Assembly: GCA_902535975.1 (NCBI GenBank)
Contig: CACAVP010000003.1
Span: 2,533-66,532, forward strand
Direction: 5' to 3'
Length of the DNA stretch: 64,000 nucleotides
Origin: an uncultured Gammaproteobacteria bacterium
GTDB lineage: Bacteria > Pseudomonadota > Gammaproteobacteria > GCA-002705445 > GCA-002716945
The notes below the pieces were generated by a model, which was not told where the DNA came from, did no database searches, and saw only the letters and a list, made by a program, of their open reading frames with translations. Below, piece after piece: positions 10,612-20,202 of this stretch. How positions within the stretch are numbered: position 1 is the first letter of the stretch; each line of letters opens with the position of its first letter. A program made the translations under genes and the position numbers.

Positions 10612-10660
10612 ATAGCATCCATTTATTGTATGATAAACCATATTTCATAATGTATAAAAT

Positions 10661-13240
10661 ATGATAGGAAATATCCTCAAAAAAGTGTTTGGTAGCAGAA
10701 ACTCTAGGCTAATTAAAGATTATGCTACAAGAGTAAAAAAGATTAATGATTTAGAGCAAATCTTTGAAAAAAAATCTGACCAGGAACTCAAATTATTTAC
10801 TCTTGAGCTTAAAAAAAGATACTTTAAGTCCCAAAATCTCAATGAGCTTCTAGAAGAGGCCTATGCTGCAGTTAGGGAAGCATCCAAGAGAACGCTCGGA
10901 CTAAGACATTTTGACGAACAATTACTTGGCGGTATTGCACTTCACGAAGGGAAAATAAGTGAGATGAAAACAGGGGAGGGTAAAACGCTCGTTAGCACAT
11001 TACCTGCATATCTTAATTCATTGAGTGGTAAACCTGTTTACATTGTTACAGTAAATGATTATCTTGCAGAGCGGGATTCAAAATGGATGGGATCTATTTA
11101 CGAATTTTTAGGCCTGACTGTTGGTTTCGTGAACAGTATGGTGGCACCTGATCAAAGGAAGAGTGTATACGATTCTGATATAATCTATGGTACAAATAAT
11201 GAGTTGGGCTTCGATTACTTAAGAGATAACATGGCATATAGTTCTAAGGAAAAATGCCAGACTAGCTTGAACTATGCAATCATTGATGAAGTTGACTCTG
11301 TTCTTATTGATGAAGCTAGAACTCCTCTAATAATATCTGGCTCTAATAACAAAACTAATAGCACTTATTCGGTTATAAATAAAATCATTAGGAAATTCTT
11401 ATCTGAAAATAATACGAATTATTATAATCTCGAAGAGAAACAAAAATCTGTATCATTGACAGAGGAGGGACAGTCCGTTATTGAAGATCTTTTGCTCTCA
11501 AGTAAGCTAATTCAATCATCATCTGATGTATATAATGTGAATAATATCCAATTATTTAGCCATATTGATTCAAGTCTTAAGGCACATTTGATTTACAAGA
11601 AGGATAAAGATTATGTCGTTGAGAATAATGAGATAGTTATTATTGATGAATTTACAGGGAGAAAAATGGCTGGCAGGAGATGGTCAGAAGGGCTCCATCA
11701 AGCAATTGAAGCGAAAGAAAATGTAAGTATAAAACAAGAAAATCAAACATATGCAGCCATTACATTTCAAAATTACTTTAGGATGTTTGATAAAATATGT
11801 GGTATGACGGGAACGGCTGACACAGAAGCAGAGGAGTTCTCACAAATCTATAACCTTGAGGTAGTGCAAATACCGCCTCATAAAAAAATGATTAGAGATG
11901 ATAAAGTAGATTTAGTTTTTCTTACTGAAAAAGAAAAATACGATAGGATAGTAAATGAAATTATAGAAATCAATAAAACAAAGCAACCCATACTTGTTGG
12001 AACTACTTCGGTTGAATCATCTGAATATATATCAAAAATACTTAAATCCAAAAAAATATCTCATAGCGTATTAAATGCAAAATACCATCAAAAAGAGGCT
12101 GAGATTATTCAAAATGCAGGAGCACTCGGATCAATTACAATTGCTACAAATATGGCTGGAAGAGGAACAGACATTGTTCTTGGTGGGAAAAAAGACCAAG
12201 GCACAGATGAATGGATAGTAAATAATAAGAAAGTGAAGGATCTTGGGGGCTTATATGTAGTAGGTACTGAGAGGCATGAGTCTCGACGTATTGATAATCA
12301 ATTGCGCGGTCGATCAGGAAGACAAGGAGATCCAGGTATTTCAAGGTTCTTTCTATCTTTAGAAGATAATTTGATGAGAATTTTTGCTTCTGACAAAGTC
12401 TCAGAAATCATGAAGAAACTTGGCATGGAAGACGGCGAGGCGATTGAACATAAGTGGGTTTCAAAATCTATCGAAAATGCTCAAAAAAGAGTTGAGGCAC
12501 ATAACTTTGACATACGTAAAACTCTTTTGGAGTATGACGATATTTCAAATGAGCAAAGAAAATTAATTTATCAACAAAGAGACTACATTTTGAGCAACAA
12601 CGGAAATACTCTAGTTTCAACAGTTTGTGATAATTATGTCCAAGACTTTATTGAAATTAATAGAGATGAACTTCTCAAGCATGACGTGGAGCTCACCGAC
12701 TTTAACGAGATGATCAAAACCGACTTTCTGCTTGAAATAGATTTTCGTAGCATGATTGAAGGGGATATATTCAACGAAAATAAATTAAAAGAATATCTCC
12801 AGAATCTTTTAATAGAAAAGATAAAAGATAATGTAAAGAGTATTTCAACTGCTGAGTATGACGAGCTGATCAAAAATATTTCACTTGCTGTTATTGATGA
12901 AGAATATAGAAATCATCTAAGCTCTATGGATTATTTGAGACAATCCATAGGATTGAGAGGTTATGCCCAAAAGAATCCAAAAAATGAGTATAAGAGAGAA
13001 TCATTTGAGATGTTTAATATTATGTTAACAGATATCACAAAAGAGATTTTAAAGATTTGTTGTAGAATTAAAATTGAAAATTACAATAGTAGTCCAGCTA
13101 CTGAAACGCTTGATGAGAAAATTATTAAAAAGTCTGATAATCCAGAATGCCTACTGAACACAAGCAGCGGTGATGTGCCGAGAAACAGAAGATGCCCTGT
13201 GACTAACATGAAATTCAAACAATGTTGCGGAAAATTATGA
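10661..13240 (+). CDS. secA: Preprotein translocase ATPase SecA
   Basis: 859 aa with MKTGEGKT and IDEVDSVLIDEARTPLIISG motifs and the C-terminal zinc motif CPVTNMKFKQCCG. Confidence 0.96.
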   Translation: MIGNILKKVFGSRNSRLIKDYATRVKKINDLEQIFEKKSDQELKLFTLELKKRYFKSQNLNELLEEAYAAVREASKRTLGLRHFDEQLLGGIALHEGKISEMKTGEGKTLVSTLPAYLNSLSGKPVYIVTVNDYLAERDSKWMGSIYEFLGLTVGFVNSMVAPDQRKSVYDSDIIYGTNNELGFDYLRDNMAYSSKEKCQTSLNYAIIDEVDSVLIDEARTPLIISGSNNKTNSTYSVINKIIRKFLSENNTNYYNLEEKQKSVSLTEEGQSVIEDLLLSSKLIQSSSDVYNVNNIQLFSHIDSSLKAHLIYKKDKDYVVENNEIVIIDEFTGRKMAGRRWSEGLHQAIEAKENVSIKQENQTYAAITFQNYFRMFDKICGMTGTADTEAEEFSQIYNLEVVQIPPHKKMIRDDKVDLVFLTEKEKYDRIVNEIIEINKTKQPILVGTTSVESSEYISKILKSKKISHSVLNAKYHQKEAEIIQNAGALGSITIATNMAGRGTDIVLGGKKDQGTDEWIVNNKKVKDLGGLYVVGTERHESRRIDNQLRGRSGRQGDPGISRFFLSLEDNLMRIFASDKVSEIMKKLGMEDGEAIEHKWVSKSIENAQKRVEAHNFDIRKTLLEYDDISNEQRKLIYQQRDYILSNNGNTLVSTVCDNYVQDFIEINRDELLKHDVELTDFNEMIKTDFLLEIDFRSMIEGDIFNENKLKEYLQNLLIEKIKDNVKSISTAEYDELIKNISLAVIDEEYRNHLSSMDYLRQSIGLRGYAQKNPKNEYKRESFEMFNIMLTDITKEILKICCRIKIENYNSSPATETLDEKIIKKSDNPECLLNTSSGDVPRNRRCPVTNMKFKQCCGKL

Positions 13241-14400
13241 TGTCTACTAAATTTGTTACCTTGAAGCTAGGAATAAAAAAAAATATATTTGATGGTCTTC
13301 TGATCCATGTTCCAGCAGGTAGTAAAACAGCTATGATCACAACTAAAAATAAGTTTGCTGCCTCACCAGTCGTTGTCTCGAGAGAAAATATCAAATCTGG
13401 AATAATAAAATATATATTTATAAATTCAGGAAATGCAAATGCATGCACTGGGATAGAGGGACATAAGAATACCAAACAAATACTTAGCGTATTATCGAAG
13501 AATCTTGACTGCTCTCCTGATCAGATTCTGATAATGTCTACTGGCATCATAGGAAGGCAACTCCCCATTAAAAAAATTATTGAATCTATAAATAACAGTA
13601 ATTTAAATGTTTACTCAAATATAAAAAAAGCAGCATCAGCAATTATGACTACTGATAAATTTCCGAAATATCTTACAAAGACATATAAAATTGGATCAAA
13701 AAATATTACTTTTAGAGGTATATGTAAGGGCGCTGGTATGATTGAACCAAATATGGCTACCATGCTTAGCTTCGTCGAGACAAACCTTGAATTATCAAAA
13801 ACTTTGCTGAAAAAATATTTAAACTATTGCGCAAATTTATCATTCAATAGCATATCTGTTGATGGTGATATGTCTACAAATGATACCGTAGTATTTTCAT
13901 CGACAGGAAATATAAAATTAAATATGAAGAATAAATCCACTGAAACTAAATTCTTATCATGTGCATCTAATTTTTTTATCAGACTATCATCACTTATAGT
14001 ACAAGATGGGGAGGGAGCAACAAAATTTATCAAGCTTAATGTTATAAATGCAAAAAGTTTAATACTTGCCCAAGAAGTATCAAAGAAATTATCTAGCTCG
14101 ATTCTAGTCAAAACTGCCATGTTTGGAGAGGACCCTAACTGGGGCAGAATAGTTGCCAGTATCGGGTCTATTGAATCCAGTAATATTAAACCTCTTAATG
14201 TTAGACTCATGATTAATAACATTTTATGTTTCAAGGACGGAATATCACTAGATAATGGATCGAAAAAGCTTGAGAAATCCATGCGGAAAAATACAATTGA
14301 AATTACAGTTGACTTGAATCATGGTAAACATAAACAAACTATGTATTTTTGTGATCTTTCACACGATTATGTTCGAATCAATTCAGAATACACAACATAA
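13237..14400 (+). CDS. argJ: Bifunctional ornithine acetyltransferase / N-acetylglutamate synthase ArgJ
   Basis: Contains the autoprocessing site PNMATMLSF. The likely start is ATG 13237, which overlaps the secA TGA (ATGATG). Confidence 0.9.
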   Translation: MMSTKFVTLKLGIKKNIFDGLLIHVPAGSKTAMITTKNKFAASPVVVSRENIKSGIIKYIFINSGNANACTGIEGHKNTKQILSVLSKNLDCSPDQILIMSTGIIGRQLPIKKIIESINNSNLNVYSNIKKAASAIMTTDKFPKYLTKTYKIGSKNITFRGICKGAGMIEPNMATMLSFVETNLELSKTLLKKYLNYCANLSFNSISVDGDMSTNDTVVFSSTGNIKLNMKNKSTETKFLSCASNFFIRLSSLIVQDGEGATKFIKLNVINAKSLILAQEVSKKLSSSILVKTAMFGEDPNWGRIVASIGSIESSNIKPLNVRLMINNILCFKDGISLDNGSKKLEKSMRKNTIEITVDLNHGKHKQTMYFCDLSHDYVRINSEYTT

Positions 14401-15299
14401 TGAGTTTTAAAAAAGTTGAAGTATCAATTGGTTTGATAAGGCTAAAATCATCATTTATTTGTCTCAAGAGACTCGAACAGCCCTATAAAGACTTTATTGA
14501 ATTTCCTGGAGGTAAGAAAAAAAGTAATGAAACAGCAACACAATGTCTCATAAGAGAGATAAAAGAAGAGTTAAATATAAAAATAGATAAGTTTAAGTTC
14601 ATTGCTTCCATAAAGCATCTTTATGATAATGTATTAATTACTATAAATATTTTTAACATCCATGAATACTCTGGAAGAATAGTCTCAAATGAAAATCGCG
14701 ACATTATTCTTTTCGATACAAAATGTACTTTAGATAAGCTTCCTACACATGATCGAATTTTGAGTTTGCTAACATTACCAAAACTATTAAAAATTATCAC
14801 ATTAGATAATCTGCATGAAGATACCTTCTGTAATATAAATTTATATAAATATATTAGATTGAGAGATATTTCCTATAAGATCTATAAATCTCATATTTTA
14901 TCAAAGCTAAAAAAATTTCATTTCAAAGGCAAACTTATAATCGATTATCCATATAATAAAGACTGGGATGATAAATACAGCGGAGTTCATTTTAAGAGCT
15001 GCTACCTTGAACAATTTATCGAAAGAGATAAGAGTAAAAAATACTTATACTCTGCCTCGTGTCACACCCTAAATGATATTAAAACATCTAATAAAAAACT
15101 TTTTGATTTTATAATGATATCTCCTATCCTTAGGTCTCATGATAATTTTAAGGCTATAGGCTGGGATAAGTTTAATATACTCTCCAAAGAATCATATCTA
15201 CCAACTTATGCCTTAGGCGGTGTAAGTTCAAAAGGATCTGACCTTATGAGTTGTACTGATAATCAGGGGTTTGGCTTGGCAGGTATTAGTTCAGTATAA
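14400..15299 (+). CDS. Nudix hydrolase (MutT-like) fused to a TenI/ThiE-like C-terminal domain
   Basis: The Nudix box GGKKKSNETATQCLIREIKEELNI fits Gx5Ex7REUxEExGU. The C-terminal ALGGV...GFGLAGIS resembles thiamine-phosphate-synthase-like domains. This fusion follows argJ in other gammaproteobacteria. Confidence 0.75.
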   Translation: MSFKKVEVSIGLIRLKSSFICLKRLEQPYKDFIEFPGGKKKSNETATQCLIREIKEELNIKIDKFKFIASIKHLYDNVLITINIFNIHEYSGRIVSNENRDIILFDTKCTLDKLPTHDRILSLLTLPKLLKIITLDNLHEDTFCNINLYKYIRLRDISYKIYKSHILSKLKKFHFKGKLIIDYPYNKDWDDKYSGVHFKSCYLEQFIERDKSKKYLYSASCHTLNDIKTSNKKLFDFIMISPILRSHDNFKAIGWDKFNILSKESYLPTYALGGVSSKGSDLMSCTDNQGFGLAGISSV

Positions 15300-16061
15300 T
15301 TATATATAACAGAGGTCAATGACGAATGTAATATCATCTTTGATTTGAATAAATTTATTTTCATCATTTAGAGTCATAAATGAAACTGTTGCTCTTTGTG
15401 GACCAACACTTATGCGAGGAAAAAAATAGTTATCAGAATGCATTGTAATTCTGAGCATCCTCACTTTTTTTTCTGTTTCTAGTTTAAATATGTACATTCC
15501 ATTTTTTGCACACTCTTCTCTAGTCTCTGAACTCTTTCTCAATATATCAAGGCAAAAATGAACAGAATTCTCTATCGGTTTGATTAATTCTAGCCACAAA
15601 TTTATCTGATTTTGCCGGTAGGCATGGTCTCTAGTTAACCAATAATCTAGTTCAGAACTTATAGTGTCACAATGCTTTACACAATGTTGGAATAGTTCAT
15701 CTACGTGAAGATCATTTAAGTAATTTGCTTTAAGATTATGTAATGTATTTAATATAACGGACTGTTTCTCCATGATCGAGTTTAATTTTATTTTATCTGA
15801 GCCCTCGATCTTTACGTACTCTGAGTATCTAGACTTATGAAAATCTATTTCTCTTATCAATTCTCTTTTAACTTCAGCTCTGGACATTGTTTGATATAAA
15901 GCTACGAGACTATTCAGAGCAGCAAATGAATCATAAATAGTATCAATCTCTTTATGCTTATTTATCTTTAAAAAATAATTTTCAAGTTTTAGAAACTTTC
16001 TTATACGCTCATCTACAGGCTCTTCATATATTGCTGCATGATTGTCTGAAAATGTATTCAT
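15300..16061 (-). CDS. zapD: Cell division protein ZapD (FtsZ-binding)
   Basis: 253 aa. The N-terminal IYEEPVDERIRKFLKLE and the C-terminal YFFPRISVG...FVIDLCYI follow the ZapD/YacF pattern. The coaE-zapD operon order matches E. coli. Confidence 0.8.
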   Translation of the reverse strand: MNTFSDNHAAIYEEPVDERIRKFLKLENYFLKINKHKEIDTIYDSFAALNSLVALYQTMSRAEVKRELIREIDFHKSRYSEYVKIEGSDKIKLNSIMEKQSVILNTLHNLKANYLNDLHVDELFQHCVKHCDTISSELDYWLTRDHAYRQNQINLWLELIKPIENSVHFCLDILRKSSETREECAKNGMYIFKLETEKKVRMLRITMHSDNYFFPRISVGPQRATVSFMTLNDENKFIQIKDDITFVIDLCYI

Positions 16062-16615
16062 TTTTTGATAATACCCTTGTCAAAATGTTTATTCAAAGCA
16101 TCAGCGTCATTATCATTACATATCACTAGATCGCACGCTTCCTTTATGAGCTCGAAGTCACGCTGTAAAGCATTTATTTCATCAAAATAGGTACTGTCAA
16201 TATTATTTCGTTTATTGAATCTTTTAATTCTAATTTCCTTTGTTGCATGAATATATATAGATTTATATTTTTGAAATAACTCATAATTATTTATTATAGG
16301 TGGGAGCTCGATCATAAGATTTTCATTTTTATCAAGACTTTTCTTAATGATTTCATGAACAATGGGGTGAAAAACAGCTTCGATAATTTCTCTATTTTTT
16401 TTCGACTTAAAAAATAGCTTTTTTACTATCGCTTCAAGATTATCTTGATCTGGATCTATATTAAGATGTTTTTCAATTTCATAAACTACAGATTCATCAC
16501 TATACAAATTGGAGACTATGTCATCAGATTTAATTATATTAAAGCTGTATTTTTTTGCTATATCAAGAAAAGTACTTTTTCCTGAGCATATCAATCCAGT
16601 TACGAGGTAATTCAT
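16058..16615 (-). CDS. coaE: Dephospho-CoA kinase
   Basis: 185 aa with the P-loop GLICSGKST. It overlaps zapD by 4 nt. Confidence 0.85.
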   Translation of the reverse strand: MNYLVTGLICSGKSTFLDIAKKYSFNIIKSDDIVSNLYSDESVVYEIEKHLNIDPDQDNLEAIVKKLFFKSKKNREIIEAVFHPIVHEIIKKSLDKNENLMIELPPIINNYELFQKYKSIYIHATKEIRIKRFNKRNNIDSTYFDEINALQRDFELIKEACDLVICNDNDADALNKHFDKGIIKK

Positions 16616-16691
16616 TATCGTAGTATTATGGTTAGGAGAATTCCCAAGACCAAGATTATAAGCAAAGTTAGCAGTAATGGTTGTCGTCTTG

Positions 16692-16880
16692 TCATTTTCT
16701 ATTAGGGCAGTGATTTATTTGCTCTTTCGAGGTGCATAAATTATTCTCTAGCACATGAAAACCACACTCATTGCAGATTACCATGCTATCTGGTTTTTCT
16801 TTTTTTTCTTGCGATTTCTTATTCCTTTTAATAAAGAAATAAGCCACAATTAACGATAATAATACGATAATAATTTTCAT
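16692..16880 (-). CDS. Small membrane-anchored Cys/His-cluster protein (PP0621-family-like, tentative)
   Basis: 62 aa with an N-terminal TM helix, a Lys-rich linker, and a C-terminal CNECGFH...C...HCP cluster. Confidence 0.5.
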   Translation of the reverse strand: MKIIIVLLSLIVAYFFIKRNKKSQEKKEKPDSMVICNECGFHVLENNLCTSKEQINHCPNRK

Positions 16881-16934
16881 ACTTTTTTTAATGAAATTAT
16901 TTCATATTAATTGTAATAATTAAACACATCGATT

Positions 16935-17681
16935 ATGAAGAACCAAGATAAAATTGATTTTATTGTAGGGTGGATCACTGATTATGTCAGTAAAATGCCC
17001 AATCCAGCTAAAAGCCTAGTAGTGGGAATCTCAGGTGGAATTGATTCGGCCCTAACAAGCACACTTGCAAGTATGACAGGGTTGAGAACCTTCGCGCTCT
17101 CGATGCCAATAACTACAAACTCCAATAACTCTAATTTGAGCTCTGTGCATGGAAAATGGCTTGAAGATAAATTCACTAACTCGACCTTTATGACGATTGA
17201 TCTGACATCGACCTATATGGAATTCAACTCACTTTTGACAAACTCAGCCCAGGCTTCTGACTTAGGTTTTGCAAATACTAAATCAAGACTTAGAATGGTA
17301 ACACTATATCAAGTTGCTGCAGCTCAAAGCGGTCTTGTAGTCGGAACTGGAAACAAGGTAGAGGATTTTGGAGTAGGATTCTATACTAAGTATGGTGATG
17401 GAGGTGTTGATATTTCACCTATCGCCGATCTTATGAAATCTGAAGTTGCTAGTATTGCAACTACACTTGGTGTCGATGAAAGAATTTTACATGCGCCTCC
17501 TACTGATGGACTCTGGGACGATGATAGAACAGATGAGGTTCAACTTGGTTTGTCATATAATGATTTAGAGGATGCTATGGAAAACGAGTCGTCTATTAAT
17601 AGGTCTAAATATAGCCAAATACGACGATTAAATTTACACAAGATGGAACCAATACCAGTATGCAAGATGCCTAAATCTTAA
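16935..17681 (+). CDS. nadE: NH3-dependent NAD+ synthetase
   Basis: 248 aa with the PP-loop motif SGGIDSA. Confidence 0.9.
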   Translation: MKNQDKIDFIVGWITDYVSKMPNPAKSLVVGISGGIDSALTSTLASMTGLRTFALSMPITTNSNNSNLSSVHGKWLEDKFTNSTFMTIDLTSTYMEFNSLLTNSAQASDLGFANTKSRLRMVTLYQVAAAQSGLVVGTGNKVEDFGVGFYTKYGDGGVDISPIADLMKSEVASIATTLGVDERILHAPPTDGLWDDDRTDEVQLGLSYNDLEDAMENESSINRSKYSQIRRLNLHKMEPIPVCKMPKS

Positions 17682-17686
17682 AATAG

Positions 17687-18526
17687 CTAAAATAAACCAA
17701 AATCAAAAAAAGAACTTTCCTCAATTACTTTTTCAACACTCATATCTTGTATAACCACTAAGTCATTTTTATCAATAGCATAAGTATAATTACTGAAGTT
17801 AGCAGTCAATACTTTTGCTGTTTCAATTGCTAAATTTGTTGATCCTAATTTATTGTAACTTTCTATAAGTATTATTAGTGCCTCCTTAGATGCAGGAGCA
17901 CCTGGATAAGTTTCAAGCATATATTTTGCTCTTTCACTTGATGCGATAAAGGCACCTCTTTTTAGATAGTATTCAGCGATGTACACTTCATGATTAGCCA
18001 TACTATTCCTTAGAAATACGAGTCTGTTCTCAGCGTCATTCGCGTATTTACTACCTTTAAATCTGTTGCTTATGAGCAAAAAATCGTTGTACGCCTTTTT
18101 TAGTCGCGTTACATCATATTTTGATATATCTTGCCCTAAGAATTCTTGAAAAAATGGTTGTTCCTTCTCAAGATTTGAGAGTGCACGAAGATAATATGCA
18201 TAATCTAAACTTTGATGATTTGGGTATAAATCTATGAAACGATCACATTCAGCAATTGCATCATCTTTTTGTCCAAAGTCATAGTATGCATATGCAAGAT
18301 CGAGTATTGATTGCTGTGCGTATGTAGAAAATGGATACCTAGCTTCCAGCATTTCAAACATAATAACTGCCTGAGGTATATCAGCATTTCCTAAAAAAGC
18401 TGAACCTTCATTATATAGTTCTACTTCGGTCATACCATCGTATGGATTCACTTTTGCTTTATCAAGAAAAGCACAGCCAGTAAGGGAAAATAATATGCAA
18501 ATTAAGGAAAGATAAAATATTTTCAT
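17687..18526 (-). CDS. bamD: Outer membrane protein assembly factor BamD
   Basis: Lipoprotein signal (LFSLTGC) followed by TPR-like repeats. The arrangement divergent from rluD matches E. coli. Confidence 0.85.
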   Translation of the reverse strand: MKIFYLSLICILFSLTGCAFLDKAKVNPYDGMTEVELYNEGSAFLGNADIPQAVIMFEMLEARYPFSTYAQQSILDLAYAYYDFGQKDDAIAECDRFIDLYPNHQSLDYAYYLRALSNLEKEQPFFQEFLGQDISKYDVTRLKKAYNDFLLISNRFKGSKYANDAENRLVFLRNSMANHEVYIAEYYLKRGAFIASSERAKYMLETYPGAPASKEALIILIESYNKLGSTNLAIETAKVLTANFSNYTYAIDKNDLVVIQDMSVEKVIEESSFFDFGLF

Positions 18527-18529
18527 CAG

Positions 18530-18541
18530 TATAATATTATA
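18530..18541. promoter_or_regulatory. 12-bp perfect palindrome TATAATATTATA: back-to-back -10 boxes for divergent bamD and rluD
   Basis: Read directly from the sequence. TATAAT on the + strand lies 8 nt before the rluD ATG, and TATAAT on the - strand lies 9 nt before the bamD ATG. The whole divergent spacer is only 17 bp. Confidence 0.4.
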
Positions 18542-18543
18542 AC

Positions 18544-19479
18544 ATGGAAGGAGATAATATTTATAATTTTACCCTTGAGGTAGAAAAAGAAGATAGAATT
18601 GATAAGCTTCTATCAAATTATTTTATAGAATATTCAAGATCTACCATACAAAAGTGGATAGCGAGCAAGAATGTAGAAATAAATGGCAACATATGCTCAC
18701 AAAAAGATAGAGTCAAAAATAATTGTTCTATATCGATTAATATTTCATCTGAACCTGAAGTTAACCTGGTAGGTGAAGATATTACAATTGATGTGATAGA
18801 TGAGACTGATGATTATATTGTAGTAAACAAGGCTTCAGGTATAGTGACACATATTGCACCAGGCAATTATACTGGAACACTTCAGAATGCATTATTCTAT
18901 AGATATCCTGAGCTGGCCAATGTCCCACGGACAGGAATTATCCATAGATTGGATAAAGATACCTCTGGGATATTAGTAGTTTCAAAGAACCTTAGATCGC
19001 ATAATTACTTAAGTAAGCAGCTACAGGAACAAAAGTTTAAGAAAATATATCATGCACTAGTGTATGGCTCATTTGATAAGTCTATGAGAATTGATGAACC
19101 TATTGGAAGACATCCTATTAATAGAAAAAAAATGGCAGTTTCATCCCATGGAAAATTAGCTTGCTCCATTGTAAAGCCACTTAAAATTAGAGAAAAGATT
19201 TCGCATCTACAAGTTCAGATTATAACTGGGAGAACACATCAAATCAGAGTCCACCTATCACATAAAAATTTTCCACTCATCGGTGATACGTTGTATGGAT
19301 TTAAAAAAAATAGCTTTTCTAAATCTCCAAAAATATTTGATTCTATAGTTACAGATTTCGGTCAGTACTTACATGCGTATTCTCTGTCATTTTATGATCC
19401 TCTATCTAATAAGATGAGAGAATATCGCGCAAATTATCCAGAAGAATACCAGGTATTACTTGATACGCTAAATGATTAA
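18544..19479 (+). CDS. rluD: 23S rRNA pseudouridine synthase RluD
   Basis: 311 aa with an S4 domain and the RluA-family catalytic motif HRLDKDTSG, followed by pgeF as in E. coli. Confidence 0.88.
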   Translation: MEGDNIYNFTLEVEKEDRIDKLLSNYFIEYSRSTIQKWIASKNVEINGNICSQKDRVKNNCSISINISSEPEVNLVGEDITIDVIDETDDYIVVNKASGIVTHIAPGNYTGTLQNALFYRYPELANVPRTGIIHRLDKDTSGILVVSKNLRSHNYLSKQLQEQKFKKIYHALVYGSFDKSMRIDEPIGRHPINRKKMAVSSHGKLACSIVKPLKIREKISHLQVQIITGRTHQIRVHLSHKNFPLIGDTLYGFKKNSFSKSPKIFDSIVTDFGQYLHAYSLSFYDPLSNKMREYRANYPEEYQVLLDTLND

Positions 19480-19485
19480 AATGAC

Positions 19486-20202
19486 ATGATAACTGAATAC
19501 GAAATAAATTGGGCTATACCTGGAAATATAGGGTACTTTATATCGACCAATGAAACAGGAAACAGCAAGGGGAAATACAAGTATGCAAACTTTTCTTACC
19601 AAGTGGGTGAGGATAGCAAAAACGTCGATTCCAACATTAATGAATTAAAAACTTTACATGGGATAGATGATATTACTTTTATGAATCAAACGCATTCCAA
19701 CACTGTTCGTAAGGCAAGTAAAAAGGGTAATTATTTAGATTGTGATGCGATGTTCACTGAGGATAAAACTATATCATGTGCAGTGTTGACAGCTGATTGT
19801 ATACCTATTTTGGTAACAGAAACATCTGGTAGTATGATAGGGTGTATTCATGCTGGGTGGAGAGGTCTACAATCTAAAATAATAGAGAATTTTTTTTCTA
19901 AGTTTACATCTATAAACAGATCTAATTTCAGAGTGCTTTTAGGTCCATGTATAAGTGCTGAGAGTTATGAGGTAAAAGATGAAATCCTTAGTCAATTTTC
20001 AAATCATCGCGACCGATTTAGAAAAAATAAATCCGGTAATTATTATATGGATTTAAGATATATTGCATGTGATATTTTAAATGAATTGGGTATCACTAAT
20101 GTTACAATATCAAAATCTTGTACCTACAATGATAATTTTTACTCATATAGAAAAGATAAAACTACAGGAAGATTTGTCTCACTTATTTGGTTTAAGAAAT
20201 GA
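19486..20202 (+). CDS. pgeF: YfiH/PgeF family protein (peptidoglycan editing factor / laccase-domain)
   Basis: 238 aa with HAGWRG and TADC motifs, downstream of rluD. Confidence 0.85.
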   Translation: MITEYEINWAIPGNIGYFISTNETGNSKGKYKYANFSYQVGEDSKNVDSNINELKTLHGIDDITFMNQTHSNTVRKASKKGNYLDCDAMFTEDKTISCAVLTADCIPILVTETSGSMIGCIHAGWRGLQSKIIENFFSKFTSINRSNFRVLLGPCISAESYEVKDEILSQFSNHRDRFRKNKSGNYYMDLRYIACDILNELGITNVTISKSCTYNDNFYSYRKDKTTGRFVSLIWFKK

